From positions 4,435 through 68,434 of the forward strand of contig VHDH01000004.1 in the NCBI GenBank assembly GCA_016871445.1: a stretch of DNA of 64,000 nt, given 5' to 3'. Each line of letters opens with the position of its first letter. Position 1 is the first letter of the stretch. Below, one piece after another: positions 10,613-19,550 of this stretch. Origin of the DNA: Verrucomicrobiota bacterium (lineage in GTDB: Bacteria > Verrucomicrobiota > Verrucomicrobiia > Limisphaerales > SXTU01). The notes under the pieces were generated by a model. That model was given only the letters and a program-made list of their open reading frames with translations, was not told where the DNA came from and did not search any database. Position numbers and translations under genes: made by a program.

Positions 10613-10653
10613 GCCCCGTGCTGCCACGCCCAATGGCGGTGCTTCGCATGCCC

Positions 10654-11517
10654 ATGAAACTTTGCCGCTTCAAGAGCAGTTCTACCTGCCATCACATTCG
10701 CATCGGCCTGACCACGGACGATGTCACGGTGCTCGATCTCACCGCCATCGGGGTGAAGTCGCTTACCGCGCTGTTGGAAGGCGAGCAACCGTCTGCCATC
10801 TTGAGCGCCCTGATGACATTGCCGATGCCACGCCATTCCCTCGCCGAAGTCACACTGCTCGCGCCCATCGAGCAGCAAGAAATCTGGGCGGCGGGCGTCA
10901 CGTACTTGCGCAGCAAGAAGGCACGCATGGATGAGTCCGAGTTCAGCGCCAGCGCCTACGACCGCGTGTATGAGGCTGAGCGCCCGGAGATTTTCTTCAA
11001 ATCGCTGCCGGAAAAAGTCGTTGCCACCGGCGGCGAGGTGGGCATCCGCAAAGACGCGAAGTGGAATGTGCCAGAGCCAGAGCTGGCGTTAGTGTGTAAT
11101 TCCCGCGGCCAAGTCGTCGGCCTGGCGATTGGTAACGATATGAGTTCACGCGATATCGAGGGCGAGAACCTCCTCTACCTCCCACAAGCCAAGACTTACC
11201 TTAAATCCTGCGCCATCGGGCCGTTTATCGCTATCGGTGTGGAAGAGACGGAGGCACGCGGCTGGACGATTGGCGTGGAAATTCTGCGCGCTGGACAGTC
11301 GGTCTTTCGCGGCGAGACTTCTGTTGGCCAAATCAAGCGCTCATTCGACTCACTCGCCGAGTTTCTGTTTCGCTGCCAGAATTTCCCGCACGGCGCGGTG
11401 CTGCTGACCGGCACGGGCGTGGTGCCTCCAGACAACTTCACCCTCGCCGCCGGCGATCGCGTGCGCATCCGCATCTCGGGCGTCGGCACGCTAGAAAACC
11501 CGGTGGCCGTGGTGTGA
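10654..11517 (+). CDS. fumarylacetoacetate hydrolase (FAH) family protein
   Basis: 288 aa from ATG 10654 (MKLCRF). It contains EPELALV, GLAIGNDMSSRD and GTGVVPPD, a typical FAH-fold pattern. Confidence 0.85.
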   Translation: MKLCRFKSSSTCHHIRIGLTTDDVTVLDLTAIGVKSLTALLEGEQPSAILSALMTLPMPRHSLAEVTLLAPIEQQEIWAAGVTYLRSKKARMDESEFSASAYDRVYEAERPEIFFKSLPEKVVATGGEVGIRKDAKWNVPEPELALVCNSRGQVVGLAIGNDMSSRDIEGENLLYLPQAKTYLKSCAIGPFIAIGVEETEARGWTIGVEILRAGQSVFRGETSVGQIKRSFDSLAEFLFRCQNFPHGAVLLTGTGVVPPDNFTLAAGDRVRIRISGVGTLENPVAVV

Positions 11518-11693
11518 TGCATCGGCGGCGCTGCAGAGCGTCTTATCTCCTCAATGTCTGGCGAATTGTTGCGCCTCCCCGAAGATTAGTGTGTCTCCCA
11601 AACGACTCAACTTTGTTGGGTGTCATTCCACTTGACCGCTGATCAGCGAAGGCGGAATTTCTCGAGCTAAGTTAAACGGTTGCTCAGCTTATC

Positions 11694-12791
11694 GTGAAAT
11701 CTCACTTGGCCAATTTTTTTGCCTTGGCCCTGCTGATCGTCCCTCTCGCAGCCCAAGTAGCTCCAACCAACCGCCCGACAACCTTACCCGCTCGCCTTTC
11801 CGCCGAGCCTTACATGCGCGTGACCAACAGCGCGACGGGTGCGGTGGAACTGCAGGTAGCGGTGCGCAAGTTCGTGCCGACCAACGGCACTGGACCGGTC
11901 ATTTGGCTCGCTGGTGCGTCGCACATAGGCGAGACCAACTACTACGCACAGCTTCAGCAGCACCTCGATGCCCAGGCGCTCGTACTCTTCGAGGGCATTC
12001 ACGCTAACCACGAACCGAGGGCGCCCAACACTTCCGCGGCCAAGCCAGATGCCATCCTAAAAAATTCTTCGCCGGCCGAGCCGATTGCTAAGGCCGCTGA
12101 TCGAACCTCGCTACAAAAAGAACTCGCCGAATCGCTTGGCTTGGTATTCCAGCTCGAGGCCATCAACTACCGCGGCACCAATTTTCGCAACAGTGACCTT
12201 TCCTTGCGAGAGTTGAAGGAATTCATGGAGAAAGGTGACGAGCCGGGCGCGCCGGACTCGCCCAAAGAGAAACGTAAGAACGAGGCCTTTGACACCCTGC
12301 TCAAAGCAATGGAGGGCAACTCATTTTTCGGAACGCTTCTTAAGGCCGGCTTTAAGTTGGTCGGAAGCAACCCGAAGCTTCAAGCCACTGTGAAGCTCGG
12401 ACTGATCGAGGCGCTGGGCAGTATTCGTGGTGACCTCTCTCGCATGAGGAGCCTGCCCGAGGACGTGCAGCGCCTCATGGAAGTTCTCATCCAGTCGCGT
12501 AACGACGCAGTGTTGAAAGACCTTCGCATCGAGCTGAAGCGCCCCCGCCCGCCCGCCAGCATCAGTGTCTTCTATGGGGCTGGTCACATGGACGACCTGG
12601 AACGCCGCGTCTGCCGCGAGTTCGGCTACCGTGCGGACAAGGATCTTTGGCTGCCTGCCTTCACGGTGGATTACACCACCGCTGGCATCAGCCTCCTCGA
12701 AGCCACGTTACTGCGAACAATGGTACGCCAACAGATGGAGGAATTGCTGCCCAGCGAAGCTCCGCCCGACAAGGTAGAAAAGGCCCGTTAA
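11694..12791 (+). CDS. secreted TraB/GumN-family-like protein
   Basis: GTG start and signal peptide. WLAGASHIGE...LVLFEG near the N-terminus and VFYGAGHMDDL near the C-terminus match the GumN/TraB pattern. Confidence 0.5.
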   Translation: MKSHLANFFALALLIVPLAAQVAPTNRPTTLPARLSAEPYMRVTNSATGAVELQVAVRKFVPTNGTGPVIWLAGASHIGETNYYAQLQQHLDAQALVLFEGIHANHEPRAPNTSAAKPDAILKNSSPAEPIAKAADRTSLQKELAESLGLVFQLEAINYRGTNFRNSDLSLRELKEFMEKGDEPGAPDSPKEKRKNEAFDTLLKAMEGNSFFGTLLKAGFKLVGSNPKLQATVKLGLIEALGSIRGDLSRMRSLPEDVQRLMEVLIQSRNDAVLKDLRIELKRPRPPASISVFYGAGHMDDLERRVCREFGYRADKDLWLPAFTVDYTTAGISLLEATLLRTMVRQQMEELLPSEAPPDKVEKAR

Positions 12792-13107
12792 CGAGCCCGA
12801 TCCGACATCGATATGATGTCCTGCACATAACAGTTTGGAGGCAGCGACTTTGACCTGAGCTGACCGCCCGCTGTCTTATGAGGCGCACATTATTTTTCAA
12901 ATTCCAGGAAACTGTAGGCCTCCCTCTAAGGGTTGACACTCAAACCCGACGCGGTTCTGAGTTACAATGATGAAAACCATCATCATTCCATTCCGGATCA
13001 GATCTTAATTAGCCGGGTAACCGTAAACCGGCGCGTACAGCGATTCTCTGTGAGAAGGCTTCTTACGGACTAAATCCTTGAGAGACCTATCCATCTTGAA
13101 CGTGGTG

Positions 13108-13128
13108 AAGCCCCAGAGGCGGGGCTTT
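13108..13128. terminator. GC-rich hairpin between convergent genes (possible bidirectional terminator)
   Basis: AAGCCCC-agaggc-GGGGCTT, a 7-bp stem, sits 10 nt beyond the stop of the dehydrogenase gene. The U-tract is weak on both strands. Confidence 0.35.
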
Positions 13129-13138
13129 CGCTAGGGCG

Positions 13139-14095
13139 TTAGGCGGCATTGACCACGTTTACAGGCTGGCCCGCCAAAAACGCCCTCACGTTCGCCACGG
13201 TTGTCTCCATCAGCCGCGAACGAGCGGCCTTGGCCGCCCATGCCTGATGCGGGGTGATCAAGCAATTCTTCGCTGACAGCAGAGGATTGTCGGCCTTCGG
13301 CGGCTCGGTGGACAGCACGTCTAACCCGGCGGCGGCGAGGCGACCACTGTTCAACGCGGCGGCGACGGCAGCCTCGTCCAGCAGCGGGCCGCGGCTGGTG
13401 TTGAGCAGGAAGGCCGTGGGCTTCATCAGCGCCAGGCGCGAGGCGTTGACGAGGCCTTTAGTTTCCGGTGTAAGTGGACAATGCAAGCTTACAACGTCCG
13501 CGCGGCGAAAGACTTCATCCAAGGCCAAGAATTCAACTTCATCCGGCGGTGGTTTGGCCGAACGGCTTGCGGCGATAATCTTCATCCCCATCGCGCGAGC
13601 GATGTCCGCCGTGGCCTGCCCGATGCGGCCCCAACCCACTACGCCGAAGGTTAGCCCGTCCAGTTCGAGCAGCGGAGTGCGCGCGTAGCACCAGTCCGCC
13701 GACTTCACCCAGTCGCCCGCGCGCACCGAATCCGCATGCGCGCCGACGTGGTGGCAAAGCTCCAGCAACAACGCGATGGTGAACTGCGCGACCGCGCGCG
13801 TGCCGTAGAGCGGAACGTTGCTCACTGGAATGCCGCGTTCCTTGGCAGCGGCAGCGTCCACGATGTTGAAGCCCGTGGCGGTGACGGCGATGAAGCGCAG
13901 CCTCGGCATCGCGGCGATGATCTCGCGCGGCACGAGTGCCTTGTTGGTGATGATAATCTCGGCGTCCGCGCAGCGCGCGGCGACTTGCTCCGGCAGCGTG
14001 CGGTCGAACAACGCAACTTCACCCAGCGCCCGTAAGGCATCCCAGCTCAGATCGCCAGGGTTGAGGGTGTGACCGTCGAGGACAACAATCTTCAT
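13139..14095 (-). CDS. D-isomer-specific 2-hydroxyacid dehydrogenase (glycerate dehydrogenase-like)
   Basis: MKIVVLDGH start (ATG 14095), NAD fold GVVGWGRIGQATA, LNTSRGPLLDE, ITPHQAW. Confidence 0.88.
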   Translation of the reverse strand: MKIVVLDGHTLNPGDLSWDALRALGEVALFDRTLPEQVAARCADAEIIITNKALVPREIIAAMPRLRFIAVTATGFNIVDAAAAKERGIPVSNVPLYGTRAVAQFTIALLLELCHHVGAHADSVRAGDWVKSADWCYARTPLLELDGLTFGVVGWGRIGQATADIARAMGMKIIAASRSAKPPPDEVEFLALDEVFRRADVVSLHCPLTPETKGLVNASRLALMKPTAFLLNTSRGPLLDEAAVAAALNSGRLAAAGLDVLSTEPPKADNPLLSAKNCLITPHQAWAAKAARSRLMETTVANVRAFLAGQPVNVVNAA

Positions 14096-14259
14096 GGACG
14101 AAATTGAAGCGGAGTAATCGCAGGGGCGAAAGGCAGAAACCTTTGAGCAAAAGTTTTGCGTAAGTGTTTTGAAATGTATCAGTCCTTTGGCACTGTCCCG
14201 ATGCGTTTGAAGCATCAGAGAAGTAGCGCGCGCTCAAACTTGGCGGCCCAACCAACCCC

Positions 14260-14970
14260 TCACTTGCTCAGCACGCGCAGCTTCACGTTACGGAAGCAGC
14301 ACTCGTCGTTGTGATCGGTCAGCAGGATGTGGCCGGTGACTTTGGTGCCGAAGTCGCCGATGTTCTTGAACTTGCTCTTGGCGACAGCCTCCCTCACGGC
14401 CGCGCTGCCCAGCTCGTATTCGAGTGCCTTCGCGCCGTTGAGCCAGTGCTGGACGGTGCTGCCCTTCACGACGATCCGGGAGTGGTTCCACTCACCCACA
14501 GGCCGGGAGGTCTTATCCTTTGCGGGCGGCAGCACGTCGTAGAACGAGGCGGTCTGGCGGTGCGCGCCGACTTTGCCGTCGGGGTGGCCGTTGTCGTCGA
14601 GCAACTGATACTCGTGGCCGAGCGTGCCCTTGCGCGCCTCGGTGATGAAATACTTCACGCCGTTGTTGCCCTTCTCGGCGATGCGCCATTCCCACGACAG
14701 TTCCCAATCCGCCGTGGCCGGGATGGGCTGCTCGGTCATGATGTCGCCACCGGAAATCTTCGCCTGCTTTTTTAGCAAGCCACCCTCCACGATCCAACCC
14801 GCGCCGATCTTGCCGCCTTCCTTGTAGGTGCGCCAGCCGGCGAGCGATTTGCCGTCGAAGAGAAGTTTCCAACCGTCCTTCTGCTCGGCGGCGGAAAGCG
14901 TATTGAGCTCGGCGGCCTGGGCAAGGGCGGCGCAGGTGACAAGCGTGAGGAAAGAGGCGAGCGCTTTCAT
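14260..14970 (-). CDS. secreted DUF1080 (3-keto-disaccharide hydrolase-like) protein
   Basis: Signal MKALASFLTLVTCAALAQA. WRTYKE..GW, NNGVKYF, EYQLLDD, HWLNG and FRNVKLR follow the DUF1080 layout. Confidence 0.85.
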   Translation of the reverse strand: MKALASFLTLVTCAALAQAAELNTLSAAEQKDGWKLLFDGKSLAGWRTYKEGGKIGAGWIVEGGLLKKQAKISGGDIMTEQPIPATADWELSWEWRIAEKGNNGVKYFITEARKGTLGHEYQLLDDNGHPDGKVGAHRQTASFYDVLPPAKDKTSRPVGEWNHSRIVVKGSTVQHWLNGAKALEYELGSAAVREAVAKSKFKNIGDFGTKVTGHILLTDHNDECCFRNVKLRVLSK

Positions 14971-15003
14971 AGGAGAAAGGAATGAGATGGTAAGCTGGGC
15001 GAA

Positions 15004-15699
15004 TCAGAGTTTTCTCACGCGGATATTCCGAATCCAAAACTCTTCGCCGTGATGCTGGAAGACGATGTGGCCTTCCGGCTCGGCCATGAAGCGTGGCTTG
15101 TCGGCGAACTTGCTCTTGGCGGCGAGCGCCTTCACCGCATCGCTGCCCCAGGTGTATTCCACGATCTTCGCCCCGTTAAGCCAATGCTCCACCTTGTTGT
15201 CCTTGAACACGATCTTCGCCGCATTGAACTCACCGACCGGCTTGAGCTTCCGCTGCTCGCCCGGTGCAATCAGACCGTAGAGCGCGCCGGCGGAGGTCAA
15301 CGGATTCTTGCCGTCGGGATGCTTCGAGTCGTCGAGAATCTGCATCTCCGGGCCGGTGAACCACGCGGGGCCGTTGGGCAGCTCGGCCACGCGATACATC
15401 ACCCCGCTGTTACCGCCGGGCGTTACCTTCCACTCCAGCTCCAGCTCGAAGTCCTTAAACTTGTCCACGGTGATCAGGTCCGTGACCTGACCGCCGGCTG
15501 AGCGAGGCACGGTCTTCAGCGCACCCTGGTCTTTGACCCAAGCCTTGCTGGGAAAGCCTTCGCCCTTGAAGGCGCGGAGGCCCTTGGGCTCGTTGCCATC
15601 GAAAAGCACCTGCCACTCGCCGGGCTTGTCGGCGGCCGGGGCAAGCAAGGCGGCAAAGGAGAATGCAGTGGTGAGGAGGACGCAGAGGTTTGTTTTCAT
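15004..15699 (-). CDS. secreted DUF1080 protein (paralogue of the neighbour)
   Basis: Signal MKTNLCVLLTTAFSFAALLAPA. NSGVMYR, EMQILDD, HWLNGAKIVEY and IRNIRVRKL run in parallel with the adjacent gene. Confidence 0.85.
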   Translation of the reverse strand: MKTNLCVLLTTAFSFAALLAPAADKPGEWQVLFDGNEPKGLRAFKGEGFPSKAWVKDQGALKTVPRSAGGQVTDLITVDKFKDFELELEWKVTPGGNSGVMYRVAELPNGPAWFTGPEMQILDDSKHPDGKNPLTSAGALYGLIAPGEQRKLKPVGEFNAAKIVFKDNKVEHWLNGAKIVEYTWGSDAVKALAAKSKFADKPRFMAEPEGHIVFQHHGEEFWIRNIRVRKL

Positions 15700-15744
15700 A
15701 TGCGAGCAGTTGAACGATTGAATGGTGAACAAAGTGACAGCACC

Positions 15745-16197
15745 TCAGGGCTTGGGCCGCGACAGCTGAAATGTGCCGTGGTCAAAAGAAGCCTTGTAAG
15801 TGGAGAAAAAGTTAGTGGCCGAAGCCTTGCCCTCATAGCGATAGACGCCGTAGGGCTTGCCCAAATCTTCCGCACCGCTGAACTGCCACAGCCCACCGGC
15901 GGGCTGCACGTCAAGCTTCACCTGCATCCCGAAGCGGAGGATCACGCCATAGGTGGCGAGGAACCGCGTCTCATACTGGCCGTTGTCCAACTTGCGAACC
16001 AGCGCGCGGAGCTGGCCGTTATGTCCGTTGTGGTCACTCAACCACTTCCCTTCCCAGCGGCCTTCGATGGAGTTGGCCGGCATCGGCGCAGTGGCGGCGG
16101 CCTTCCAGTCCCGGTTGAAAGTCGAGCACCCGCTGAACCCAAGCAGCGCCGCGAGCGCAACGGCGCGAACGGACCAAGTTCTCAAGCCATGAAGCAT
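15745..16197 (-). CDS. small lipoprotein, unknown function
   Basis: Lipobox MLHGLRTWSVRAVALAALLGFSGC followed by a beta-rich 125-aa body. Same strand as the DUF1080 pair, 45 nt upstream of it. Confidence 0.65.
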   Translation of the reverse strand: MLHGLRTWSVRAVALAALLGFSGCSTFNRDWKAAATAPMPANSIEGRWEGKWLSDHNGHNGQLRALVRKLDNGQYETRFLATYGVILRFGMQVKLDVQPAGGLWQFSGAEDLGKPYGVYRYEGKASATNFFSTYKASFDHGTFQLSRPKP

Positions 16198-16568
16198 GAG
16201 GGAAATCCGACGCTATCCGCCTGTCCGCGTCAAGCTGGCAAGCGTCGCCCCGTGCAGATGTTGTTGGCGGTGAACGGCGGCCCGTAGTGGTTGGCGACCG
16301 AGTCGCCACAAACCAAAACGAGCCGTGTTGAAACGCCCGGGTCAATCGTGCCTCGCCCACGAGCACCTCCTAGGCGACGTTGATGGCGCGAAGTTTGTCC
16401 TCGCGAGTTTCTGCTGCGCGGAATCGTGCGCGAACTGATTCGGATGCCAGGGCTTCACCAGCGCAAGTTAAGCGCGCTTCAAATGCTCGGGGGATGCACC
16501 CTACGCGAATCCGAGAGATTCAAAATGCCTTGGATCTTGACTGCTCATGCCGTCAGCGGCGCCTTCAC

Positions 16569-17198
16569 TTAGGAGCTGCTTGCGGTAGGGCAAATCCTCT
16601 TCAAGGACGCATCGTGCCAGCGACTCAACAGCGCCAGCGCGCAGGCGGCCCCGACCGTCGCGAGGAACATGTCCCACTGCGTGTCCCACGGATCGCCCTG
16701 CGTCCCGAGGAAATCACTGGCCGCCTCACCCGTGAGCGCAGCGGTCCACCACTCGAAGAACTCGTAACACGCGCTGAATGCAAGGCACACGCAGACCACA
16801 AGGAAGTTCAGCCAGCCGCCACGAGTCAAAGGCGTTTGCCGCAACAGCAGCTCCCGCACAAAAATGGCGGGGATGAAACCCTGGGCGAAATGTCCGACGC
16901 GGTCGTAGTGGTTGCGCGCCAGCCCAAAGGCGTCGCGCACCCAGTCGCCCAGCGGCACCTTCGCATAGGTGTAATGCCCGCCCAGCGCGAGGATGAGTGA
17001 GTGAATCGCAAACAGGTGCAGGCACAGGGCGGACAACGGAAAGCGGCGGTGGGTGAACGCGAGCGCGATGACGCCCACCCACACGGGACCGTTCTCCAGC
17101 GCCCAAGTCAGGCGATCCGCTTTAGGCGAAATTCCCAACGCCACCTGCGCCGCCAGCACGATCATGAGGAGCCAAGAGAGAGGCATGTGTCCACTCAT
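16569..17198 (-). CDS. YjdF/DUF2238-family inner-membrane protein
   Basis: 209 aa with 6 TMs and RNHYDRVGHFAQGF plus YEFFEWW motifs. Its ATG (17198-17196) overlaps the argD stop in an ATGA. The ORF-track 405-aa version is an out-of-frame overlap with argD and was rejected. Confidence 0.75.
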   Translation of the reverse strand: MSGHMPLSWLLMIVLAAQVALGISPKADRLTWALENGPVWVGVIALAFTHRRFPLSALCLHLFAIHSLILALGGHYTYAKVPLGDWVRDAFGLARNHYDRVGHFAQGFIPAIFVRELLLRQTPLTRGGWLNFLVVCVCLAFSACYEFFEWWTAALTGEAASDFLGTQGDPWDTQWDMFLATVGAACALALLSRWHDASLKRICPTASSS

Positions 17199-18493
17199 GC
17201 GATGGCTTTTGCGATGCCGGCGATCAGGGCCACGCCCTCCGCGGCTTCGGCGCGCGAAAGATTCAGCGCAGGCAGGAACCGCACTACCTGCGTTCCGCTC
17301 GGCACCGTGAGCACGCCGGCATCGTGCAGGCGGTTGACGAAGTTGAGCGAAGCCACTTTTCCCGTGCTCGCGAAAGCCGGGATGTTCTCCGCCAGCTCGA
17401 TGCCCAACATGAAACCCAATCCCCGCACGGACTTGATGACTTGCGGATATTGCGCAGCGAGTTTTTCCAACTCCCGCTTCATCCACTCGCCCGTCTCGCG
17501 CACGTTGTCCGCGAGCCGATCCCGTTCGATGACCTCGAAGACTTTGTTCGCGACCGCGCAGCCGAGCGGCGTGCCACCATAAGTCGTCGCGTGCGTGCCC
17601 GGCCCAAGCAGGTCGCACAGCTTCACGCCGTAATGCTCCTCGCGCACCCAAAACGCGCCGATGGGAAACCCTCCGCCTAACGACTTCGCCATCGAGACGC
17701 CGTCGGGCAGAAACTTTTCCGCGCCGGAAACGTTTTCGAGCAACCGCTGGAAACTCTGGAAGCGACCGGTGCGGAAGTGTCCGCACTGCACGCCGTCCAT
17801 CAGCAACAGAATTCGCCGCTCATCGCAGAGTTGCCGGAGGCCGAGCAGATACTCCACCGAGGCCGGCGCGATGCCTCCCTCGCCCTGCACACCTTCGATG
17901 AGAACAGCCGCCGTCGCCGGCGAAAGGGCGTCGCGCATGGCTTGCAGGTCGTTGAAAGGCACGTGCTTGAAGCCCGGCACCGCCGGTTCAAAGCCCTTTT
18001 TCACTTTCTCTTGCCCCGTCGCCGCGATGCCCGCGAGCGTGCGCCCGTGGAAAGAGTTCAGCGCCGTGATGATTTCGTAACGCCCCTCGTCGTGGCCGAA
18101 CTTGCGCGCGAGCTTGTAAAGCCCCTCGTTCGCTTCCGCGCCGGAGTTGCTGAAGAACACCTTGCCCGGCGCGAGATGCCGAACAATCTGTTGCGCCAGC
18201 CGTCCTTGCGGCTCGTGATAGTAGAGGTTCGAGATGTGAACCATCCGGCGCGATTGCTCGATGAGCGCCTCGGTGATCTCCGCGTTCGCATGGCCCAGCG
18301 AGCACACGGCGATGCCGCCGCCGAGATCGAGGTAGCGCTTGCCATTCACGTCCCAAAGTTGACTCCCCTGTCCGCGCGCGAGCACCAGCTCGAAGCGCCC
18401 GTAACTGGGCACGACGTATTTCTGGAACAGGCCAAGGACGGCTTGTTGCTCGTTATGGACAATCGCGGGCGGTGTCGGAACGATCTCTTTCAT
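17195..18493 (-). CDS. argD: acetylornithine aminotransferase
   Basis: Class-III aminotransferase with SNSGAEANE, DGVQCGHFRTG and MAKSLGGGFPIG (PLP-Lys region). It sits in an arg gene cluster. Confidence 0.9.
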   Translation of the reverse strand: MKEIVPTPPAIVHNEQQAVLGLFQKYVVPSYGRFELVLARGQGSQLWDVNGKRYLDLGGGIAVCSLGHANAEITEALIEQSRRMVHISNLYYHEPQGRLAQQIVRHLAPGKVFFSNSGAEANEGLYKLARKFGHDEGRYEIITALNSFHGRTLAGIAATGQEKVKKGFEPAVPGFKHVPFNDLQAMRDALSPATAAVLIEGVQGEGGIAPASVEYLLGLRQLCDERRILLLMDGVQCGHFRTGRFQSFQRLLENVSGAEKFLPDGVSMAKSLGGGFPIGAFWVREEHYGVKLCDLLGPGTHATTYGGTPLGCAVANKVFEVIERDRLADNVRETGEWMKRELEKLAAQYPQVIKSVRGLGFMLGIELAENIPAFASTGKVASLNFVNRLHDAGVLTVPSGTQVVRFLPALNLSRAEAAEGVALIAGIAKAIA

Positions 18494-18568
18494 TCAACAC
18501 GGGGATTTAGCCGCGAAAGGGCAAAAACGTCACAGAGAAAATATGCGACAAGAGGTAAAGTTGGTTCG

Positions 18569-19450
18569 TCATGCCACCACTTCAGTGCCCACGCCTTCGT
18601 CCGTGAAAATCTCCAACAGCACAGCATGATTCACCCGGCCGTCCACGAACGAGACTTTCTCCACGCCGGACTGAAGGGCAGTGACTGCGCTGTCCACTTT
18701 GGGAATCATTCCTTTATCCACGATCCCGGCAGCCTTGAGCGCAGGGACTTCAGCCACCTCCAGATGCGTAATGAGCGAAGCCGGGTTCTTCGGATCGCGA
18801 AGGAGGCCAGGCACATCCGACATAAAGACGAGCCGCCGAGCCTTGAGTGCAATGGCAGCTTGCGCAGCGGCCACGTCGGCGTTGCAGTTGTAAATCTTCC
18901 CGTCCTCGCCGCGCGCGGTCGGGCTGATGACCGGCGTAATGCCATGAGCAATGCACTCCAGCAGCGGTGTGGTGTTCACGCTCACGACCTCGCCCACGAA
19001 GCCGATGTCGATCTTGCTTCCCGGCTTGTCCTTGTCGTCGAGCCACAGCTTGCGGCAGGTGAAGATGTCCGTGCCGGCAAATCCCCGCGCCTTGCCGCCG
19101 AGGGACTCGATGGTGCGGACGATCTCCGGGTTGATCTCGCGCGAAAGCACTTGGTCCACGACGCCGACGGTCGCTTCGTCGGTCACGCGCATGCCCTGGA
19201 TGAAGTTCGCCTTCAACCCGGCGGCGTCCATCGCGCGCGTGATGGCTTTGCCGCCGCCGTGGACGACCACGGGGTTGATCTCCACCGCCTCGAGGAACAC
19301 GACATCTCGGGCGACGCCATCTCGCACAGCAGGATCGGACGAGTCCATGAAGCTACCGCCGTATTTTACGACGAACGTCGCGTGGCTGAACTTCTGGATG
19401 TAGGGCAACGCTTCAAGCAGCGTCGCGGCTTTGGCAATGAGGTCTTGCAT
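18569..19450 (-). CDS. argB: acetylglutamate kinase
   Basis: VVKYGGS, VVVHGGG, NADVAA and typical AAK-family length (293 aa). Confidence 0.92.
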   Translation of the reverse strand: MQDLIAKAATLLEALPYIQKFSHATFVVKYGGSFMDSSDPAVRDGVARDVVFLEAVEINPVVVHGGGKAITRAMDAAGLKANFIQGMRVTDEATVGVVDQVLSREINPEIVRTIESLGGKARGFAGTDIFTCRKLWLDDKDKPGSKIDIGFVGEVVSVNTTPLLECIAHGITPVISPTARGEDGKIYNCNADVAAAQAAIALKARRLVFMSDVPGLLRDPKNPASLITHLEVAEVPALKAAGIVDKGMIPKVDSAVTALQSGVEKVSFVDGRVNHAVLLEIFTDEGVGTEVVA

Positions 19451-19550
19451 CAGGTCACGGAATTGTTAGCCGCGGATTGAAGAAGGTTGAATACAGAATT
19501 TTGCGACCACGACTTCAGTGTTTACTCCGAGCTTCATATGTGGCTCGACT

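Noticed and set aside
16198-16568. 370-bp gap containing AGGAGG followed by a GTG that opens a 110-aa minus-strand ORF (16034-16366), and a short frame reading VLVCGDSVANHYGPPFTANN that resembles an SGNH/GDSL-hydrolase block I
   Set aside because: The 110-aa ORF overlaps the lipoprotein gene out of frame and translates to Arg/Pro-rich sequence. The GDS-like frame is only about 45 codons with no start, so at best it is an unprovable gene remnant.
17199-17786. N-terminal 196-aa extension of the YjdF-like ORF (ORF track 16569-17786)
   Set aside because: The extension overlaps the 3' part of argD out of frame and is Arg-rich nonsense. The membrane protein begins cleanly at the ATG that forms an ATGA overlap with the argD stop.
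17777-19480. 567-aa plus-strand ORF antisense to argD/argB (likewise 19518-20657 against argJ, 28729-30447 against the porin, 22402-23403 against nupG-like, and 56799-57746 and 57029-58051 over the PQQ gene)
   Set aside because: The opposite or alternative frames carry unambiguous enzyme or porin motifs. These ORFs are low-complexity and R/A/G/H-rich, with no recognisable domains.
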